In this document: piece after piece, positions 27,493-36,528 of the stretch
Numbering within the stretch: the first letter of the stretch is position 1
Layout of the letters: each line of letters starts with the position of its first letter
DNA from: Armatimonadota bacterium
GTDB taxonomy: Bacteria > Armatimonadota > DTGP01 > DASXUI01
Assembly (NCBI GenBank): GCA_036504955.1
Contig: DASXUI010000430.1
Location: 1-49,789 of the forward strand
DNA: 49,789 nucleotides
Direction of reading: 5' to 3'
Made by a program: the position numbers and the translations under genes
The notes under the pieces: model-generated
Databases searched by the model: none
What the model was told of the DNA's origin: nothing
Seen by the model: the letters and a program-made list of their open reading frames with translations, nothing else

Positions 27493-29364
27493 CTACCATC
27501 CGCCCCCGCCGCCGCCCCCGAATCCGCCGCCGCTGAAGCCGCCGCCGCCTGAACCGCCGCCGGAGCTGCTGGGGGAGGAGATGAAGGTGGAGGCCATGGC
27601 GTGCATGCCGCTGCCCAGATCCCCCACGAAGGTGTCGGGGTGGAAGCTGCCGGGGCCGTAGACGGGCGAGACGTACCAGCTTGGCGGCTCCGTGAGCAGG
27701 TCGCGGAAGTGTTCGGCCCACCGGTCGGCTACACCCAGCACCACCGCGAAGGGGAGGAGGCGCTCGAAGACGAGGGGATCCTCCTGCGCCATCCGTTCGA
27801 TCCGGGGCCTCTCCACCCGCTCCACGAACTCCTTGAAGCCCAGAGCCTGGCGGGCCGCCTTCGAGCCGGCCGCTGTCTTAGCGGGCATCACCATGGCGAA
27901 GCCGCCCACGATCAACACGGTGAGCACGACGGACGCGAAGGTGGTGAGCGCCTGAGCGGCCGGCGTGATGCCCTCGGAAAGCTCGGCGGGCCCCAGCCTC
28001 AGGGCGAGCTGCACCAACACGAAGGGGACCGCGGCAGCCAGGAGAGCGATCCCCGTGTACCGATTCCGTACCTTCTGGGGGCTTTCGGGGAAGCAGCCGT
28101 GCTCGACGAGCTGGTTGTACAGGGCGCTGCTGATCAGCGGGACCTTCTTGTAGAACTTGTCTCGCAGTTCTGAGAGCTTCGTGGTGGAGCCGTTCTCGAA
28201 GAGCCCCTCCATGAAGATCCGCTCGTGCTCACAGAGCTTTGCGTCCGGCTCCCGCAGCTTGTCGAAGACGTAGTCCTTGGTGGAAAAGAACAGAAGTGTG
28301 GTCGTCCTGACCTCGGTGATCCTCAGGTATCCACGGACGGCCAGGTCCAGCACGGTGCAGACGATATCGCTGTTGTCGGCACGTTCGTCCACCAGCGTGC
28401 CCACCTCGGCGGGGGTCAGGCCGGGCGGGGGCTCATACTGCACGGTGACCGGAGAGCCGCTCTGCGGGTCCCGGCCGTACCGCAGGAAGGTCCTTAGCAT
28501 CGCTCCGAAGGCGATCAGCGGGAACAGCAGCACGCCGATCCAGAGCGAGTTGTCCAGGAGGAACCAGAGGGCCTGAGTGCCGGATGCGGGCATACTCAGC
28601 GTGCCCTTGGGGACGCCCAGCGCCACTGTCAGCCCCTCCCCCGGCGCCAGTGAGGCCACTTCGGCGATGAGCTGGTCACCCTGAACCGTGGCCTTCGCGC
28701 GTGTGCCGGTGGCTCCGTACTCCCCACTGTAGGTGGCATAGCGAAGGTGCGCGTGGTCGTCGGTGTGAGGGAAGGTCACGGTGCAGCGGGCGTGCTGAAT
28801 GGGCCACTCCCACTCGCAGCCCGTCACGTTCCAGTAGAGTTCGTCAACGTCTCCGCGGTCCAGTACGGCCCGACTCACCGAGTACGCGACGCGGTACTGG
28901 CGCGTTCCGGAGACCAGGCGGTCGGGGTCGCCGATGCGGATCATCAGGCAGGGGCCGTCTCGGGAGACCTTGCAGTCGTAGGCGTCCCCCCGCTCGTCCT
29001 GAACGCCCAGGAGGTGGACGCGCAGGCCGTAGGTGGTGCCCAGCTTGCCCAGTCCCAGGCTGCTGGCGCTGTAGGTGACAGGGATCCTGCGGTAGACGCC
29101 GTGCCGCTGCTGGGTACCAAAGTCGACGGTGATCGCCTCCACGACCTGCACCGTCGCGTCGCGCTGTAGGCCCATCGTCACGTCGTAGTCGCGGATGGTG
29201 ATGGGGCTGGCGCTGGAGTCCGCCGTCGGCGGGTTGAGAGCCCACGCTCCACTCGCGGCGGCCCAGAGCAGCACAAGCCACACGGCGAGGAGCTGGCGCG
29301 GCCTCAGCCGGGCCGGACAGCGGGACTGGGAGCCGGTTGAGCAGCTTGGCGCGGAGGACCCCAT
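27493..29364 (-). CDS. DUF2207 family membrane protein
   Basis: Signal peptide, V.EAITVDF...HGVYRRIP, DELYWNVTG.EW.WPI, QYEPPPGLTPAEVG, LDLAVRGYL, ERLLPFAVVLGV..W and a Gly-rich C-terminus SGGGFGGGGGGGW. Directly follows lemA. Confidence 0.9.
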   Translation of the reverse strand: MGSSAPSCSTGSQSRCPARLRPRQLLAVWLVLLWAAASGAWALNPPTADSSASPITIRDYDVTMGLQRDATVQVVEAITVDFGTQQRHGVYRRIPVTYSASSLGLGKLGTTYGLRVHLLGVQDERGDAYDCKVSRDGPCLMIRIGDPDRLVSGTRQYRVAYSVSRAVLDRGDVDELYWNVTGCEWEWPIQHARCTVTFPHTDDHAHLRYATYSGEYGATGTRAKATVQGDQLIAEVASLAPGEGLTVALGVPKGTLSMPASGTQALWFLLDNSLWIGVLLFPLIAFGAMLRTFLRYGRDPQSGSPVTVQYEPPPGLTPAEVGTLVDERADNSDIVCTVLDLAVRGYLRITEVRTTTLLFFSTKDYVFDKLREPDAKLCEHERIFMEGLFENGSTTKLSELRDKFYKKVPLISSALYNQLVEHGCFPESPQKVRNRYTGIALLAAAVPFVLVQLALRLGPAELSEGITPAAQALTTFASVVLTVLIVGGFAMVMPAKTAAGSKAARQALGFKEFVERVERPRIERMAQEDPLVFERLLPFAVVLGVADRWAEHFRDLLTEPPSWYVSPVYGPGSFHPDTFVGDLGSGMHAMASTFISSPSSSGGGSGGGGFSGGGFGGGGGGGW

Positions 29365-29366
29365 CG

Positions 29367-29912
29367 CTAGAAGCTCACCTTCACAGGCTCACGCTCCGAC
29401 TCCGGAGCCTCAAAGAAGGGCTTGGGCCTGAAGCCCAGGTCATCGGCAACCAGGCTGGCGGGGAAGACCTGCTGGCGCGTGTTGTAGTCCCGCACAACGG
29501 CGTTGTAGTATCGACGGGCGTTGGCCAGGTCGCCCTCGATCCGCGACAGCTCGCCCTGGAGCTGCAGGAAGTTGGCGCTAGCCTTCAGGTCGGGGTAGGA
29601 CTCTGCCAGGGCGAAGAGCTGCCGCAGCGCGCCGGTGAGTACGTTTTCGGCCTCAACCTTCTCCCCAGGCGAGGCGGCTGAGAGGGCGGAGTTGCGTGCC
29701 CGGACCACGCGCTCGAGGGTCTCCTTCTCGTGCCCGGCGTAGCCCTTCACCGTCTCCACCAGGTTGGGTACCAGGTCGTGACGTCGCTTGAGCTGGACGT
29801 CGATGTCGGACCAAGCGTTGTCGCTGAGCACCCTGAGCCGAACGAGCCCGTTGTAGAGCAGGACCAGGAAGAGCACCAGCACAACTGGGATTGACACAAA
29901 CCAGCCTATCAC
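29367..29912 (-). CDS. lemA: LemA family protein
   Basis: TM then YNGLVRLR...NAWSDIDVQLKRRHDLVPNLVETVKGYA.HE, AESYPDLKAS.NF and ARRYYN. GTG start 8 nt after AAGGAG. Confidence 0.96.
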   Translation of the reverse strand: MIGWFVSIPVVLVLFLVLLYNGLVRLRVLSDNAWSDIDVQLKRRHDLVPNLVETVKGYAGHEKETLERVVRARNSALSAASPGEKVEAENVLTGALRQLFALAESYPDLKASANFLQLQGELSRIEGDLANARRYYNAVVRDYNTRQQVFPASLVADDLGFRPKPFFEAPESEREPVKVSF

Positions 29913-30100
29913 ACCCAAGGCTCCTTTCCGGTTGGCCACCGCCATGCGGGTGCCCTTACCAAGGGGCAATACCGCACTCAACGCTTCGTCAGGGGCCGCC
30001 CTGTCTCCCGCATCGAGGTATTGCGCTTGCGCCCGGCTGCGCGAGCAGTGTCTCCGCCCTTGTGCCACCCGTAGAACTACCACGGCGGGCCGGTTGGGGT

Positions 30101-31318
30101 TCAAGCAGGGCGGCGCATAGTCTCCGGGGGATGAAGGAGCAGCAGCAGCGAGGCCGCCAGAGCCAGGCAGGCGCCGAAGGTGAAGGCAAGCGAAGGACCA
30201 CGCCACCGCCACAGCAGGCCGAAGAGGGCACTGGCGGGGAAGGCCGCTAGCCCCAGAGACGCGTTGTACCACCCATAGGCCACACCTCTGGAGCTGGCCG
30301 GCACCAGGTCAGCCACCAGGGCCTTCTCCGTGCCCTCGGTCAGCCCAAAGAAGATGCCGTAGGCCGCGAACAGGGCCCAGACGTGCCAGGCCGCCGACGC
30401 GTGCCCGAAACCCAGGTACACCAGGGCGTACGCCAGCCATCCACCGGCGATCAGGTACCGGCGGGGCACGCGGTCGGAGAGCGCCCCAGCCGGAGTGGAG
30501 AGCGTCGCCTTCACCAGGTGGAGCAGCGCCCAGAGAAGGTAGAGGTCCTTCGGCGTCAGTCCCAGGCCCCGAGCCCTAAGGAGCAGGAAGGCATCGCTGG
30601 AGTTCCCCAGGGTGAAGATCACGACCAGCGCCATCAGGTACCAGAAGCCTCCGCCCAGTGCGCGCGAGCCGCCCGGCTCGCTCCCCTCGGCGGGCGTCTG
30701 TCGGGGCGGCTCCTTCACCAGGAAGCCGAGCACCAACAGGGAGGCCAGGGCCGGCACCGCCGCGACCGCGAAGAGGATGCGGTACTCGTGCGGGTGGAGG
30801 TCGCCGGGCCCGAAGAAGAGCGGAATGATAGCGAGGGCCGTCAGCGGACCGGCGATGGCCCCCAGGTGGTCCATGGCGCGGTGGAAGCCGAAGCCGCGGC
30901 CGCGGTTTTCCTTCTGAAGGCTGTCGGCCAGCAGCGCGTCCCTGGGCGCGGTGCGTAGGCCCTTCCCCACGCGGTCGAACACGCGAAGGGCGATCACCTG
31001 CCAGGGGGCCGTCGCCACGGCGATGAAAGGCCGGCTGACCGAGGCCAGCGAGTACCCGCCCACCACGATGGGCTTCCGGCGCGGCAGGCGGTCGGCCAGA
31101 TGCCCCGACCACAGCTTCAGAAGGCTGGAGACGGACTCAACCAGCCCCTCCATGGCTCCCAGGGCCGCCGGGCCCGCGCCCAGCACCGAGGTGAAGAAGA
31201 GAGGGAGCAGCGGGAAGATCATCTCGCTGCTGAAATCGTTGAGGAAGCTCACAACCCCCAGCCAGAACACACTGGCGGGGACCTTCACGCGCTTTGCCGC
31301 CCACTCCCCAAAGCCCAT
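30101..31318 (-). CDS. MFS transporter
   Basis: About 12 TM helices; SFLND.SSEMI.PLLP, GHLADR..RRKP, DRVGKGLRTAPRDALLAD, RGRGFGFHRAMD and GALSDRV.RR. Confidence 0.93.
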   Translation of the reverse strand: MGFGEWAAKRVKVPASVFWLGVVSFLNDFSSEMIFPLLPLFFTSVLGAGPAALGAMEGLVESVSSLLKLWSGHLADRLPRRKPIVVGGYSLASVSRPFIAVATAPWQVIALRVFDRVGKGLRTAPRDALLADSLQKENRGRGFGFHRAMDHLGAIAGPLTALAIIPLFFGPGDLHPHEYRILFAVAAVPALASLLVLGFLVKEPPRQTPAEGSEPGGSRALGGGFWYLMALVVIFTLGNSSDAFLLLRARGLGLTPKDLYLLWALLHLVKATLSTPAGALSDRVPRRYLIAGGWLAYALVYLGFGHASAAWHVWALFAAYGIFFGLTEGTEKALVADLVPASSRGVAYGWYNASLGLAAFPASALFGLLWRWRGPSLAFTFGACLALAASLLLLLHPPETMRRPA

Positions 31319-31639
31319 GGCGCCGTACCTCCTGTCAAGAGTTCCCAGGGGGAGCCCCGGATCCCTGTCCCAACCGTACCCAGGGCGGCCGGCATCTACG
31401 GTCCATGGCCAGGGCCCACGGAAGCCGCGCGACCGCCCGACGCCACCGCCCTCGCTCAGGCCCAGCGTGAGAGGGGCCAGCACTAGCCAGGCAGAAGCCA
31501 AGTCTGAACCAAACCCCGTAAGCGGGGTGACCCCGGCGGCGCGTGTGAACAGGCGCCCTGTCGTGGACGCGGGCCGGTCCAGTAGGGCCGCGCCGGCACG
31601 TGCAGCCGCGGGAATACGGATCTGTGCTAGGGAGACGGG

Positions 31640-32383
31640 ATGAGTCTGAAGGGGAAAGTGGCTCTTGTAACGGGCGGCAGCGGCGGAATCGGCCGAGCGG
31701 TTGTGAAGGCGTTGGCGGAAGCGGGAGCCGACGTCGCGGTGAACTACTCGCGAAACCAGCAGGCGGGAGAGGCGGCGGCAGAGGAGGCCCGGCAGGGTGG
31801 CGTGAAGGCCGTCGCTCTGGCCGCCGACATCAGCGACGCCGCCCAGGTGGAGGCCCTGGTCGCGGGCACCCTGGAGCAGCTCGGGGGCGTGGATATCCTT
31901 GTGAACAACTCCGGCGTCACCCGTGATGCCCTGCTCATGCGGATGAAAGAGGAGGACTGGGATACGGTCCTGGACACCAACCTTAAGGGAGCCTTCCTCT
32001 GCAGCCGCGCGGTGGTGAAGCACCTGCTCAAACAGCGCGGTGGAAGGATTATCAACGTCTCATCGGTTGTGGGCGTCATCGGCAACCCCGGGCAGGCGAA
32101 CTACTGCGCCTCCAAGGCCGGCCTGATCGGACTCACTAAGTCTCTGGCTAAGGAGGTCGCCTCCCGGGGCGTGACGGTGAACGCGGTGGCTCCAGGCTTC
32201 ATTGCGACCGCCATGACAGCCGCCATGACCGATGACCAGAGGGATCAGATCCTCAAGGCCGTCCCCCTGGGCACCTACGGCACACCAGAGGACGTGGCCG
32301 CCGCGGTCCTCTTCCTAGCCTCCGACGCCGCCCGCTACGTCACCGGCACCGTGCTGCAAGTCGACGGCGGCTTGGGTATGTAG
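31640..32383 (+). CDS. fabG: 3-oxoacyl-ACP reductase
   Basis: TGGSGGIG, VNNSGVTRD.LLMRMKEEDW, SSVVG..GN.GQANYCASKAG (YxxxK), VAPGFI.T.MT and VDGG. Confidence 0.94.
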   Translation: MSLKGKVALVTGGSGGIGRAVVKALAEAGADVAVNYSRNQQAGEAAAEEARQGGVKAVALAADISDAAQVEALVAGTLEQLGGVDILVNNSGVTRDALLMRMKEEDWDTVLDTNLKGAFLCSRAVVKHLLKQRGGRIINVSSVVGVIGNPGQANYCASKAGLIGLTKSLAKEVASRGVTVNAVAPGFIATAMTAAMTDDQRDQILKAVPLGTYGTPEDVAAAVLFLASDAARYVTGTVLQVDGGLGM

Positions 32384-32398
32384 AGCGCCGACTCCTCT

Positions 32399-32546
32399 AC
32401 CGCAGAGGCACAGAGAAGGGCCTGAGGGGGTGTGTGGGTGAGGGCGTGAGGGGGTGTAAGGGCCTCAGCCTAGTGACTCTGACGAGCACAGGCCAGGTCC
32501 TAGAGCCCTTACACCCCCTCACCCCCTCACCCACACACCCCCTCAG
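32399..32546. repeat. Modular palindromic element with 42-bp arms plus an outer CACAGAG module
   Basis: ACCGCAGAGGCACAGAG + AAGGGC, then arms 32422-32463 and 32505-32546, complementary with one mismatch. The core is homologous to the 25181-25216 core. Confidence 0.9.
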
Positions 32547-32549
32547 TTG

Positions 32550-34007
32550 TCAGGCTGGCTGGAGGGGCAGGCGCTTGAGGGCGGCAGAGAGGATGAGCAT
32601 CACGTCGGCGATGTTCAGCTTACCGTCCTTGTTCGCGTCCGCGGTCACCTTCTGGTCATCGGTTGGCTTGGCGAGGTTCAGAGCGAACCGGAGCGACAGC
32701 ATCACGTCCGCGATGGTGACGCTGTTGTCCAGGTTGGCGTCCCCCTTGTAGAGCACCTTGCCAGGCTCCAGCACCGCGGCGGTCCAGGCGTAGGGGTCGC
32801 GCCACCCGCGCGGAATGCCGCTTAGGGAGAAGGTGTTCTCCTGGGTGGATGTGCTGTCCCCGTCGTTCACGTGGACGTCGAAGCCGATGGTTGTCCCCAA
32901 GCTCGGCGGCGTGACGGTGACGCCGGCGGCCTGTGACAGCACGGCCCACGGAATCCGAGCCTCCAGCACGTAGCCCGAGTCCGTCCGCTTCCGCGCGGCG
33001 TTGGCGCCTACCGGGCCGGGGTCCACCGATGGCACGCCCAGGGCGCCCCCCATGTCCACCTGCCACTCTGGGTCGTCTTTGGCGGCCAGGGTGATCTGGA
33101 AGTCACTCCCAACCAGATACCCGGTGCGGCCGGGGTTGGAGTTGTCCAGGCCGAGGTAGACCTCGATGCTGTCGCCCTCGAAGAGGCTGGGGAACTGAGA
33201 GGTGTTGTTGGCGGTATCGTCAACCACCGTCGCGCCGACGTAGAAGTAGTCCTTGTCGAACGAGAAGCGCGCGTCCCCGCTGAGGTCGGAGGGTCCGGTC
33301 CAGTTGCTCCGGGAGTCAGGCAGGTATAGGTCCTGCGAAAGGCGGTTGAAGGTGAAGACACCGCCGTCCCTGTCCTTCCACGTCGCCTCGGTCAAGTTGC
33401 CGTCGATAGTGATGGCGTCAGCGGCCGACTTGATGCGGAAGGGCGAGGGAACGGTCTTGCTCACGTAGACGAGGTGCAGGGCTTCGCGGCCATCACCGTT
33501 GTCGCTTATTCGGAGGTCCGCGCCTCCGTCCTCCCTATGCGTGAAGGCCGGGTCCAGAAGGTGGAAGGATCGAGTTAGCCACTGCTTCGAGTCGGTCTTC
33601 ACCACGGTCTGCTGGCCGGCGACCCCAGCGAAGTAGATGCTATCTGTACCGCTTCCCAGACGGTCATACTCTAGGTCGAAGGTATCAGTACCCTTATCGT
33701 AGTACTCAACCGTCACCCACACGTCCGCCGGTGGTGGGGCCGGAGGGGTGCTCAGGCTGCCTACCAGCGCCAGCGATAGGTAGCCGGCGGCGCTGGGGTC
33801 GCCTGGTGCCTGTGTTGATATGGCGGGCCTCCCGCCCAAGTCGGGGACGGGCGTGGTTGTCGCTGGTAAGATCTGCGTGAGCCCCACCTCTTGGTTGATG
33901 GGGCCCAAGGTGATGGACAGATCCCCTGACTTCTGCGCGCTGGCCCCGGAGGCGACCGACACCAGCACTCCCAGGGGTATGCACAGACGCAGGCATCGCG
34001 TCAGCAT
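32550..34007 (-). CDS. Secreted protein with a CBM9/DOMON-like sugar-binding domain and a C-terminal type I dockerin
   Basis: Signal peptide (ASA|Q); ITIDGNLTE.TW...DSIEVY...GYVLEARIPW...IGFDVHVNDGD; GDANLDNSVTIADV...ADANKDGKLNIADV duplicated Ca-binding loops. GAAGGAG RBS before ATG 34007. Confidence 0.85.
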   Translation of the reverse strand: MLTRCLRLCIPLGVLVSVASGASAQKSGDLSITLGPINQEVGLTQILPATTTPVPDLGGRPAISTQAPGDPSAAGYLSLALVGSLSTPPAPPPADVWVTVEYYDKGTDTFDLEYDRLGSGTDSIYFAGVAGQQTVVKTDSKQWLTRSFHLLDPAFTHREDGGADLRISDNGDGREALHLVYVSKTVPSPFRIKSAADAITIDGNLTEATWKDRDGGVFTFNRLSQDLYLPDSRSNWTGPSDLSGDARFSFDKDYFYVGATVVDDTANNTSQFPSLFEGDSIEVYLGLDNSNPGRTGYLVGSDFQITLAAKDDPEWQVDMGGALGVPSVDPGPVGANAARKRTDSGYVLEARIPWAVLSQAAGVTVTPPSLGTTIGFDVHVNDGDSTSTQENTFSLSGIPRGWRDPYAWTAAVLEPGKVLYKGDANLDNSVTIADVMLSLRFALNLAKPTDDQKVTADANKDGKLNIADVMLILSAALKRLPLQPA

Positions 34008-34314
34008 ATGTTTCTCCTTCCGAGCCGGCGGCATGCGGCGTCCGGCCCAAGGCATTATCGTCCGTGGCAAGCGCGGGCTATAGAAGCCCCAACTGCCGTA
34101 TGGATCTTCCATGAAGGGGCCGAACTCATCGCGCGGGCAGGCCCGCCGTCGAGGCCCGGAGGGCCCGTAGGGCAGCCCCCTCAGCTTCTCGCATCCCTCG
34201 GCCGAAAAGGGAAACGGAGTAGCTTCTTTCGACCCGCGCGCTCGCCTGGGAAAGGCCGCGTGGTCGCGGCGCGGTTGGCACTGCCGGCCTTGGCTGGCTG
34301 GAAGGTGGGGCATC

Positions 34315-35910
34315 ATGAGACTGGGGGCTTGGGCTGTTCTGGGCGCCGTAGGCGTGGGGCTGGGAGCAGGGATAGCCGGACCCGCACTGGGCCAAGCCAC
34401 GGCTACCACCGTGAGCCTGCGCTTCCGCCCCAAACCAAGGGACCTCTACATCACCCGGCTGACTCTCGTCGGCCGCGGACAAGGCCTGGCAACCGGGCAG
34501 AAGTCAGTGCCCCTCGACTTCAGGTTCACGCTGGAGCATGAGCGGTGGGTGGAGCGTCTCCTACCCAACGGCAACGCCGTGGTTCAGGACCGGATCCGGT
34601 CCGGTTCGCTGACCTTCCAGGGCAAGACCGAGAGCCTTCCCGCCACGGATCGAGTATCGATGGAGGTGTCGCCGCTGGGCAAGATCGCCCGCCTGGACAA
34701 CCTTGACCTAAGGCTGGCACAGACAAGGGTCGGCACCAACCTCTCCCCGGCAGCCCTAGCGCAGTTCACCCTCTATCCCCTGAAGCCCCTTACGGTCGGC
34801 AAGGCCTGGCGGGCAGTGCTCCCTATCCGGATCCCCAAACTGGGCTCCGCCAAGGCCAGCCTGAAGGCGACCCTCGTAGGCCTCAGGCAGGCCAAGGGGT
34901 TCCGCTGTGCCGAGCTTGCTTCCAGCATAGGCCTGCCCTTCAGCCTGAACCTTGCCGAGGGGCCCCTTCGGCTGCAGGTGAAGGGACAACTCCAGGGGCA
35001 GTCGCGGCTGTTGGCAGCCGTAGACAACGGGATGCCCGTAAGCGGCGCCGGGACGGTGAAGCTGAGTGTGAACGGCTTCTCCTCGGGGCGACGGGACCCC
35101 AAGATCCCCGCCTCCGGCATGCTGGGCCTGCGCATCGACTTCAACCTGGACCTTGTCAGCTACGTGCCCGGCAGCCCCGGTGTGGACCGACGCCTGGCGT
35201 CGGCGCCAACCCCGCTTCCCCTGACTCCCGCGGGCTCACAGTCCGCGGCCAGGAAGCCCGGCTACACCGGCCCCCTCGGCGGCCTGTTCGGCGTCAAGGA
35301 CCTGGCTCGCCAAACCAAGGACCTGGTGGAGGCCAGACAGCGCCAGATGGGCTCCTTGGCCGGCGGCGCCCAGCCCGGCCCGTTGCCACCGATGCCACCA
35401 GCCCTGGGTTCGCCCCCTCAGGACACGCCGGAGACAGGTGTGGGACCCTCAGCCGGCTCAGGCGCAGGGGCCGTCACGCCTGCGGGCGAGGGCACGAGCG
35501 GCTCTCAGCCGCCCGCCGAGGTGCCCCAGGAATCCGCGCCCCCTCCCCCGCCGCCTGACCCGGTGCGCCTGATGTCCGTGGAACCCGGCGAACTGCTGGC
35601 GGGCGTCAAAGCACTACGGGCCGAGGTCGCCAGCGCGGAAGAAGTCGTCTTCGTTGCCTTCGTGGTCGATGGACGAAAGCTCTTGCTCACCAACCGGATG
35701 CCTTACTGCTTCACCTGGGACACGCGGGGCATCGGCGACGGCAAGCATGAGGTCTCGGCGTGGCTGCTGGGAAGCGGCGGCAAGGTGCTCTTCCGCTCGC
35801 CGGCCACCAGCGTCGAGGTTGGGAACGAGGTCTTGGGTCCCCCCAGCCCCTCCGCCCTTGAGCCCGAGGAGCCCTCGACCCCACCCGTACGCCAGGGCCC
35901 CATCGTGTGA
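34315..35910 (+). CDS. Secreted protein: beta-rich N-terminal domain, Pro-rich linker, C-terminal bacterial Ig-like domain
   Basis: Signal peptide; LRFRPKP...YPLKPL.VG..W beta-strand pattern; P/G/S-rich linker; V.F.VDG......PY.FTWDT....DG.HEV (Big_7-like). Confidence 0.7.
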   Translation: MRLGAWAVLGAVGVGLGAGIAGPALGQATATTVSLRFRPKPRDLYITRLTLVGRGQGLATGQKSVPLDFRFTLEHERWVERLLPNGNAVVQDRIRSGSLTFQGKTESLPATDRVSMEVSPLGKIARLDNLDLRLAQTRVGTNLSPAALAQFTLYPLKPLTVGKAWRAVLPIRIPKLGSAKASLKATLVGLRQAKGFRCAELASSIGLPFSLNLAEGPLRLQVKGQLQGQSRLLAAVDNGMPVSGAGTVKLSVNGFSSGRRDPKIPASGMLGLRIDFNLDLVSYVPGSPGVDRRLASAPTPLPLTPAGSQSAARKPGYTGPLGGLFGVKDLARQTKDLVEARQRQMGSLAGGAQPGPLPPMPPALGSPPQDTPETGVGPSAGSGAGAVTPAGEGTSGSQPPAEVPQESAPPPPPPDPVRLMSVEPGELLAGVKALRAEVASAEEVVFVAFVVDGRKLLLTNRMPYCFTWDTRGIGDGKHEVSAWLLGSGGKVLFRSPATSVEVGNEVLGPPSPSALEPEEPSTPPVRQGPIV

Positions 35911-35965
35911 CCTCAACCCCTTCGGGCAGAGACTGAGCCCTCGCCCTCAGCGATCACTGGTTGAT

Positions 35966-36011
35966 AAGGAAGAGGCCGCCGACTCCCAGTAGAGTCGGCG
36001 GCCTCTTCCTT
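35966..36011. terminator. Bidirectional terminator-like hairpin
   Basis: Perfect 20-bp inverted repeat AAGGAAGAGGCCGCCGACTC/GAGTCGGCGGCCTCTTCCTT with a 6-nt loop, between convergent ORFs. Confidence 0.8.
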
Positions 36012-36033
36012 CGCGGGAGCGAACCCAAAGCGG

Positions 36034-36378
36034 CTACCGGCGAGTGAGGTGAACGGAGGAGGGACGGCTCAAGGGCGCCCCAAGCGCTTGTGCTGATACA
36101 TAGCGGTCCGTGCCCCAGTAGCCCGCGCCACAGCAGAGCACGAACAGAAGCAGCAGGAACGCCAGGCCAAGTCGATTGGCGGCGCCCCGCCTGCGATTGG
36201 CGCTCCGGCGCAGGACGCGGGAGGTCGGTCGGCGAACACTTGTAGGATGGAAAGCGCTGCCTCGGTTGTCGGCACGGCGTGCCAGCGGCACAAGGGGGGC
36301 CGGTTCCAGGCGGCCTCCCGAGGGGCGTTGCGATCCGCTGCCCCTGGCGGCGCGCGGCGTACTGTATGGATTAGGCAT
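36034..36378 (-). CDS. Hypothetical small basic single-TM protein
   Basis: Arg-rich N-terminus, then TM LGLAFLLLLFVLCCGAGYW; ends just before the bidirectional hairpin. No family recognised. Confidence 0.45.
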   Translation of the reverse strand: MPNPYSTPRAARGSGSQRPSGGRLEPAPLVPLARRADNRGSAFHPTSVRRPTSRVLRRSANRRRGAANRLGLAFLLLLFVLCCGAGYWGTDRYVSAQALGAPLSRPSSVHLTRR

Positions 36379-36528
36379 ATCTGGATCTCATTATCGGGAG
36401 TTGGCGGCCGGTCCCGCAGAGGTGAGTTGGGGCCATCGGGCTCTCGCTGCCTCGAGCAGAGGGCTCCACTGCTGGGCCCTCGGTCTGGCCGCTCGCTAGT
36501 GGTTCTTGAGACGAAACTGAGGAAGTGA

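Noticed and set aside
30101-32023. Apparent long N-terminal extensions of ORFs (MFS 640 aa, LemA 301 aa, hom 475 aa, prepilin 348 aa, dockerin protein 627 aa)
   Set aside because: They are upstream open-frame run-ons that overlap neighbours or lack homology. Internal starts, mostly with a clear RBS, give family-typical lengths.
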